Position numbers and translations under genes: made by a program. 64,000 nt of DNA from Clostridia bacterium (lineage in GTDB: Bacteria; Bacillota; Clostridia; Peptostreptococcales; Anaerovoracaceae). Location: assembly GCA_030537495.1 (NCBI GenBank), contig JAUNMH010000004.1, positions 28,509 to 92,508 of the forward strand, read 5' to 3'. Shown here piece after piece: positions 58,682-64,000 of the stretch; within the stretch, counting starts at the first letter, position 1, and every line of letters starts with the position of its first letter. The notes beneath the pieces are model-generated. The model worked only from the letters and a program-made list of their open reading frames with translations. It searched no databases and had not been told where the DNA came from.

Positions 58682-59488
58682 TCACAACAAGTTCCCCACA
58701 ACAACAATAACAGGGCACACGCGCAAAAATACAAAAAGTGCCCCGAAGAAAATCAAAAACGCAGCATCACCACTCTTAAACCTGTCCTTCTCCCCAATAT
58801 AGGTAAAATCGCCATTGTATCCACGAAGGCTCATACTTTCGTAAACAGTAGTAGCCCTGTCCATACTCCGAAGAAGAAGTTGCCCAGTCAAAGAGCCCCA
58901 CACCTTAAAATGAACGCCCTTCTGCCCCGGCGCCCTGAGAGAATAGGCCGCCGACATTCGGTTCACCTCACCCAAAAGAAGCACGACGTACCTGTATGTC
59001 AGCATAATCTGCGTCACCAGAGGCTTCGGCACATGCGCCAAACGGAAGGCATAACAAATCTTCTCAATAGAAGTCGTCGCAATGAGAAAATACGATGCCA
59101 AGACAGCGAGCACTCCCTTCAGCATTAAAGTCAGCATGGACAAAACCCCCGCAGGCATAGTCATCCCATATAACGTAACCGGTACCTTATCAAAAAATGG
59201 ATTAAATATACCTATAAAACATACTAAAGGCAGAACAATTTTAAGCCTGCCAAAGGTATCTTTTATAGAAATATCACCCAAAATAAACATGGCAATAGGA
59301 TAGACTGTCATGCCCAAAAGCCCCATAATATCATACTTGTTAAAGGATACAACAAGGCTAATATAGAACAAAGTCAAAAACAGCTTAACAAGTGGATGAA
59401 TATTATTCATCCACTTGTCCTCATCTGACATGTTGTCCAGTTTGTGAATTTCGCCAATGGCCCTATCGATTTTTTCCATAGTCTTCAA
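58682..59488 (-). CDS. cbiQ: ECF transporter T component (CbiQ/NikQ)
   Basis: IHPLVKL, TYRYVVLL and LLRSMDRATTVYESMSLRGY motifs. Confidence 0.92.
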   Translation of the reverse strand: MKTMEKIDRAIGEIHKLDNMSDEDKWMNNIHPLVKLFLTLFYISLVVSFNKYDIMGLLGMTVYPIAMFILGDISIKDTFGRLKIVLPLVCFIGIFNPFFDKVPVTLYGMTMPAGVLSMLTLMLKGVLAVLASYFLIATTSIEKICYAFRLAHVPKPLVTQIMLTYRYVVLLLGEVNRMSAAYSLRAPGQKGVHFKVWGSLTGQLLLRSMDRATTVYESMSLRGYNGDFTYIGEKDRFKSGDAAFLIFFGALFVFLRVCPVIVVVGNLL

Positions 59489-59542
59489 TCACTATCCTTA
59501 TTCTAAATGCGACTTTATATTTTTCACGCTTTACACTGCTCG

Positions 59543-60538
59543 CTATTTTCTCTTTCTCTTAAAGAACTTAAACAAGTAACAAGCTCCCACGCAAACAGCC
59601 ACTACAACGGCTCCGCCGAAAACGCCGGAGAAGGAAGTTCCCACAGCTGAGTCTGAACCCTTGAAAGCATAATCGGGAAGCACCGCTGACTTGTCCTGGA
59701 TACCTGCAAAAGTTTCGTAAATTCCGCCTGCTGCTTCAATTTCAGTAGTTCCTGCGATTCTCTCCATAGCCCATTCTAGGCCATCAGGATTTGCAGAAGC
59801 AAATAGCGAAAGTCCTCCGCCAATAAGCGCTGCAATAATTGCTAAAGTTACAACAGTCTTCTTAAAGGACATGCTGCCAGCTTTTTTTTCAGCCTCAGTT
59901 GCAGTATATAAAATTTCTGGTCTCGCTTCATATACGAAGCAAAGAACGGCAGCTGTAATTAAGCCTTCAACTGTACCAATTGCTAGGTGAATAGGCTGCA
60001 TAGTTGCAACAAAAACAGAGAACGGCAATTCAGTAATTCCTGATGCAAGGGTCTCTAGCGTTACGCTAAAAGCACCCATCTGAAGGGTAAGAACGCAGCC
60101 TAAAATAGAGGCAAGAATGATTTTTCCTTTAGACATTCCCTTACTCATAATTGGCTTCCAAATCAGCAGAGCTCCCACGAAGCAACCATAAAAGGCCATA
60201 TTCCACACGTTGGCCCCGAGAGCCAGAAGCCCCCCGTCAGCAAACATCAAACATTGTATGAGGAGAACCCCGATCATAGTAAGGAATCCGGCATAAGGTC
60301 CAAGCAGTGCAGATAAAAGCATTCCGCCGCAAAGATGTCCACTAGAACCGGTTCCCGGAATTGAAAAGTTAATCATCTGAGTAGCAAAAACAAATGCCCC
60401 CATAACTCCCATTACCGGAATTTTCTTCGGGTCGTCCTCCTCCCTTACTTTCTTTATTGAATAAGCCGCAGCCGCTCCCGCCGCAACATACATAGTGCCC
60501 GCTACTGCAGGTGCCACTAAGGCGTCAGCCATATGCAT
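59543..60538 (-). CDS. cbiM: Ni/Co ECF S component, CbiM/NikM fused to a PDGLE (NikN) domain
   Basis: N-terminal MHMAD, GSSGHLCGG and ADGGLLALGAN motifs; PDGLE motif in the C-terminal part. Confidence 0.92.
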   Translation of the reverse strand: MHMADALVAPAVAGTMYVAAGAAAAYSIKKVREEDDPKKIPVMGVMGAFVFATQMINFSIPGTGSSGHLCGGMLLSALLGPYAGFLTMIGVLLIQCLMFADGGLLALGANVWNMAFYGCFVGALLIWKPIMSKGMSKGKIILASILGCVLTLQMGAFSVTLETLASGITELPFSVFVATMQPIHLAIGTVEGLITAAVLCFVYEARPEILYTATEAEKKAGSMSFKKTVVTLAIIAALIGGGLSLFASANPDGLEWAMERIAGTTEIEAAGGIYETFAGIQDKSAVLPDYAFKGSDSAVGTSFSGVFGGAVVVAVCVGACYLFKFFKRKRK

Positions 60539-60565
60539 AAATTTACCTCCTAAATTTTTACCAAT

Positions 60566-61783
60566 TTATTTCTCAATTTTTTCTCTTACTTCCCAAAGGG
60601 ACAGTCCATTTTCCCTGGCGATTTTCGCCACGTCGTCAAACTCCGCCTTACGCCTAGTCGCGCCCTGACCCGTGCTGGTTTTAACTCTCACATCACCCCA
60701 GGGGGTTTCAACAATATCAAAACTTCTTTCCATAACGATTCTCTCGAATCGGTTGACTCTCATGCCGATTGCCGTGGTGTGAGCAAAAATTAGTTTTGAT
60801 AGACGGTCTTTGTCGCCAGGCTTGCACATGCATACAAGCTTAGTTGCCGGGCGACTTTTTTTCATGACGATGGGCTCTGCGTAGGCGTCAAGAGCGCCGT
60901 TGTCCAGGAGAATCTCCATAGCAAAACCGACTTCCTCGGCTGTCATATCGTCCAGGTTCGTTGAAATTTCAATGACATCCTCGGCCTGTTCTTCCGTTTC
61001 GCCAAGCATAACTCTCACGCAATTCGCACGTGAGAATTCCTTGGTTCCCATGCCGTAACCGTCTTTTTCCACAATCATCTGCGGCATATTTCTAAATTCT
61101 GAAACGAAGTACTTCAAAAGAGCTGCGCCTGTTGGAGTGCAAAGCTCGCCCTTAATGTCCTCGCTATAAATCGGAATACCCTGAATGATTAGCGCCGTAG
61201 TCGGCGCCGGAACTGGCAGCACACCATGAGCGCATTTTACAGTTCCGCTTCCAACGTGAACCGGTGATGCGTATACCTTCTCGATTCCCAGCGTTTCCAT
61301 AAGCAGGCAGTTTCCCACAACGTCTGCAACTGCGTCCAAGGTCCCCACTTCGTGAAAATGGATATGCTCCATGTCCTGGCCGTGAACCTGGCACTCCGCC
61401 TCAGCAATTAACTGATAAACAGCCATTGCGTCTGTTTTTACCTTTTCACTTACGTTAAGATGTCCGATTATATGCTCAATTTCCGCCATGCCCGAGTGCT
61501 CGTGGCTATGTCCATGTCCATGATCGTGATGGTGTTCATGCCCATGCTCATGCCCGTGCGCGTGCTCATGCTCGCCCTCTTCAACTCCATGAACGTGAAC
61601 ATGCATGTGAGTGCCCATGATTCCGCAACTCTCCTTAGAATCCGCGTGAACGTGAACTCCTGGAATTCCAAGAGAATTCATCTTTTCCACGAACTCCGAC
61701 TTGTCAGGCAAGAGCTCGCAAAGAGCCCCCATAAGCATGTCTCCCGCAGCCCCCATGCTGCAGTCAATATATAAAGTTCTCAT
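60566..61783 (-). CDS. larC: Nickel insertase for NPN cofactor
   Basis: DCSMGAAGDM, HFHEVG, GELCTPTGAA, GYGMG and NLDDM motifs, plus a His-rich insert. Confidence 0.95.
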   Translation of the reverse strand: MRTLYIDCSMGAAGDMLMGALCELLPDKSEFVEKMNSLGIPGVHVHADSKESCGIMGTHMHVHVHGVEEGEHEHAHGHEHGHEHHHDHGHGHSHEHSGMAEIEHIIGHLNVSEKVKTDAMAVYQLIAEAECQVHGQDMEHIHFHEVGTLDAVADVVGNCLLMETLGIEKVYASPVHVGSGTVKCAHGVLPVPAPTTALIIQGIPIYSEDIKGELCTPTGAALLKYFVSEFRNMPQMIVEKDGYGMGTKEFSRANCVRVMLGETEEQAEDVIEISTNLDDMTAEEVGFAMEILLDNGALDAYAEPIVMKKSRPATKLVCMCKPGDKDRLSKLIFAHTTAIGMRVNRFERIVMERSFDIVETPWGDVRVKTSTGQGATRRKAEFDDVAKIARENGLSLWEVREKIEK

Positions 61784-61786
61784 ATT

Positions 61787-62539
61787 CTATCCCTCCATAT
61801 TATTAATCAAATGCGCCTGATATCCGGCCCCGAAGCCATTATCGATGTTAACCACGCTAACTCCGCTGGCGCAGGAATTCAGCATAGAAAGCAAAGCCGT
61901 AACGCCACCAAGAGCCGTACCATAGCCCACACTTGTTGGTACAGCAATGACAGGGCAATCAGCCAGGCCCCCAATAACAGAGGCCAGAGCCCCTTCCATT
62001 CCGGCAATGGCAATAATCACCCTTGCATTCATAATGTCCTCAGTGTGAGCAAGGAGGCGATGAATGCCAGCAACACCAACGTCATAAACTCGCTTAACAT
62101 TGTTTCCCAGAATTTCTGCGGTAAGAGCTGCTTCCTCAGCCACGGGAATGTCACTGGTGCCACCTGTTGCAACGAGAATATAACCCTTCTGCCTTGGCTC
62201 AATCATCTGCCCCACAAGGCCAACTTTTGCGTCCGCATAATATGTAAAAGGCAAATCTTTGTCAATATATTCCGCAGCCTCCCGGCTCATTCGTGTGATC
62301 AAAATCGTGCGCTGTCCACCTTCATACATTTTGCGGGCAATAACGTCAATCTGCTCCGGCGTTTTCGACGCACCATAAATAATCTCCGATGCCCCCTGAC
62401 GCAAGCCCCTGTGGTTGTCAATTTTCGCAATGTCTATATCTTCAAAAGGTTCAAGTTTCAACCGCATCAAAACTTCCTCAGTGCTTACCGCACCTTCTTT
62501 TACCTGCTGCAGCAGGTCCCTAATTTCCTGTTGTTCCAT
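61787..62539 (-). CDS. larB: NPN cofactor carboxylase/hydrolase
   Basis: GGTSDIPVAEEA, DVGVAGIHRL, GMEGAL, PTSVGYG and VNIDNGFGA motifs. Confidence 0.96.
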   Translation of the reverse strand: MEQQEIRDLLQQVKEGAVSTEEVLMRLKLEPFEDIDIAKIDNHRGLRQGASEIIYGASKTPEQIDVIARKMYEGGQRTILITRMSREAAEYIDKDLPFTYYADAKVGLVGQMIEPRQKGYILVATGGTSDIPVAEEAALTAEILGNNVKRVYDVGVAGIHRLLAHTEDIMNARVIIAIAGMEGALASVIGGLADCPVIAVPTSVGYGTALGGVTALLSMLNSCASGVSVVNIDNGFGAGYQAHLINNMEG

Positions 62540-62563
62540 ATCTTTTCCTATCCAATCGAAATT

Positions 62564-63307
62564 TTATCTTTCCTTCAAATCAAGCATGACCTCGGTGAAA
62601 AGTGGATCCAATTTGGTTTTGATAGTCGACCTCATCTCAACTGCCTTTACCATTTGATCCGCCGGTAGTTGGATTCGTGCAGCTCCGTGGTAGAGCCTGA
62701 TGCGAAAGTCTGTAAATCCTAGGGCAAAAAGTGCATCTTCGCCAGCTTCAACTACCGCCAGCTTTTCTTCAGTAATCACCTCACCTGCTGGAATTCGCGT
62801 TGCCAGACAGGCGTAGCTCGGCTTGTTCCACGTAAAAAGCCCCGCCTCCTTAGAGAGTCTTCTCACATCGTCCTTGGTAAGGCCACATAATCGCAACGGG
62901 GAAAGCACCTTCATTTCATTGAGTGCCCTCATTCCCGGCCTGTCCTGCGCATTGTCACTGGCGTTAGTTCCGTCAATTATAAATTTATAGCCATCAGCAT
63001 TAGCCACTTCGACGATTTTACCAAATATATTGTTTTTGCAGTAATAGCACCTATCAGACGGATTTTTTCTGACCTCTTCATCAGCTAAGGCATCGCACTC
63101 TATTACCGCGAAATCTGCGCCAATGAATTCAGCCAGCTTTCTGGCATCGTCCAGCTCAAACTCAGGCTGGAACTGACTCTTGACAAAGCATGCTTTTACG
63201 TCTGCGCCATATTTTTTCGCCGCATAAAACAAAAAAGCAGAGTCCACTCCTCCTGAGAAGCCCAGTGCAACCTTTGGATACTCTGCAAAAAATTCCTGCA
63301 AATTCAT
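62564..63307 (-). CDS. larE: NPN cofactor sulfur insertase (PP-loop)
   Basis: FSGGVDS, RCYYCK, DGTNASD..RPG and KPSYACLATR motifs. Confidence 0.95.
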   Translation of the reverse strand: MNLQEFFAEYPKVALGFSGGVDSAFLFYAAKKYGADVKACFVKSQFQPEFELDDARKLAEFIGADFAVIECDALADEEVRKNPSDRCYYCKNNIFGKIVEVANADGYKFIIDGTNASDNAQDRPGMRALNEMKVLSPLRLCGLTKDDVRRLSKEAGLFTWNKPSYACLATRIPAGEVITEEKLAVVEAGEDALFALGFTDFRIRLYHGAARIQLPADQMVKAVEMRSTIKTKLDPLFTEVMLDLKER

Positions 63308-63438
63308 TTTTCCATACTCCTCTTTCATTCCTGTTTTCCCATTGTTTCAAAAAATAAAAACCATAGTCAGCCCTCCTTCTGGAGTTATCTGCCTCTGGTT
63401 TTCTTCTGAAAAACATATGACCCTTCTTGAATCATCAA

Positions 63439-63933
63439 CTATTTTCTCTTATTTCTTTCGTCTTCAGCCATTTTCTTCAGTTCTTCAACTAGCTGGATAT
63501 CCAGTGCCTGGCGAGTCGCACGAAGTTCCTCCTTAGATGCCATGTCAGTCAGCTGAAGAATCCAAATTTTACCCTTAAATACGGAAGTCTCCAAGCGATT
63601 TCTTACCGCCTGATTTATCTCTCCCGCTCTGCTTCCTGCGTTAATAAGGTAAATTCTTGCAATCAAGCCTATGCGCTTTCCACTCTTAATTTCAATGTAA
63701 TTCTCAATTCTTCCGAAGCGATTTATGGCCTCTCGAATTTCCTTGGCCAAGGCTTCGCTTATAATTCTCTCTTTGCCCTTTCTGACAATCAAAGCAAAAG
63801 AAGTTGCCGCAATAATGGAAAGTGGCATAGCCATTTCGAAGCCGAAGGCTTCCTCGGTTCCCACATACATAATCAAGCCTAAAGGAACTCCCATCCACAT
63901 TAGCAGATTTAGTCTTTTCAATGTCTTATCCAT
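63439..63933 (-). CDS. Hypothetical membrane-anchored protein (2 N-terminal TM segments)
   Basis: 164-170-aa ORF directly downstream of a consensus promoter. Alternative start at 63951. Confidence 0.75.
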   Translation of the reverse strand: MDKTLKRLNLLMWMGVPLGLIMYVGTEEAFGFEMAMPLSIIAATSFALIVRKGKERIISEALAKEIREAINRFGRIENYIEIKSGKRIGLIARIYLINAGSRAGEINQAVRNRLETSVFKGKIWILQLTDMASKEELRATRQALDIQLVEELKKMAEDERNKRK

Positions 63934-63967
63934 GCTCCAAATCCCTTTCATTTGTAGTCATTAGATA

Positions 63968-63996
63968 ATTATAAATGTTCTCTTTACGTATGTCAA
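63968..63996 (-). promoter_or_regulatory. Consensus sigma70 promoter heading the hypothetical-larEBC-cbiMQO-DUF3842 unit
   Basis: TTGACA-17 nt-TATAAT, a perfect match. Confidence 0.9.
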
Positions 63997-64000
63997 ATGC

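Noticed and set aside
61811-62668. 285-aa plus-strand ORF and the many other antisense ORFs in the track (e.g. 1252..1584, 46266..46964, 49535..50068)
   Set aside because: These are shadows of well-supported genes on the opposite strand or frame, with no motifs of their own.
63330-63438. NiCo, cobalamin or SAM riboswitch upstream of larE
   Set aside because: I could not match the conserved aptamer cores by eye. An Infernal/Rfam search would be needed to exclude it fully.

Overview
Chromosomal segment of an anaerobic Firmicute (Clostridia; an amino-acid fermenter by gene content, which is inference). Left to right: a partial amidohydrolase divergent from a YfcC-family transporter that is interrupted by one in-frame TAG; a MocR regulator; YitT; an orphan; HutG; a monomeric [FeFe]-hydrogenase; a UraA-like permease; an RpiR/M20/EamA unit. 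Then a ~26-kb peptide and D-amino-acid catabolism island (12.4-38.6 kb) with two complete Opp/Dpp systems, SxxK serine hydrolase, DacA-like, Asp/Glu racemase, sigma54 activator, LD-carboxypeptidase, DmpA, transglutaminase-like protein, M19, M55/DppA, Lrp, APC permease and RocB-like. Eight sigma54 (-24/-12) promoters can be read directly in this island. Next come a five-gene biotin-dependent Na+-decarboxylase/transcarboxylase-like operon, a housekeeping block (udk to hpt, then yihA-lon-clpX-clpP-tig) and a CYTH gene. A ~1-kb non-coding region follows, built from a degenerate, phased 41-bp repeat in both orientations plus a 20-bp inverted repeat. The window ends with a Ni-ECF transporter, DUF3842 and larCBE (nickel-pincer cofactor) without larA. 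No rRNA, tRNA, CRISPR array, transposase or integrase was recognised. All product calls come from motifs read by eye, with no database searches. The most promising candidates for new biology are the sigma54 D-peptide/murein-peptide scavenging island, the 41-bp repeat region and the amber-interrupted YfcC.
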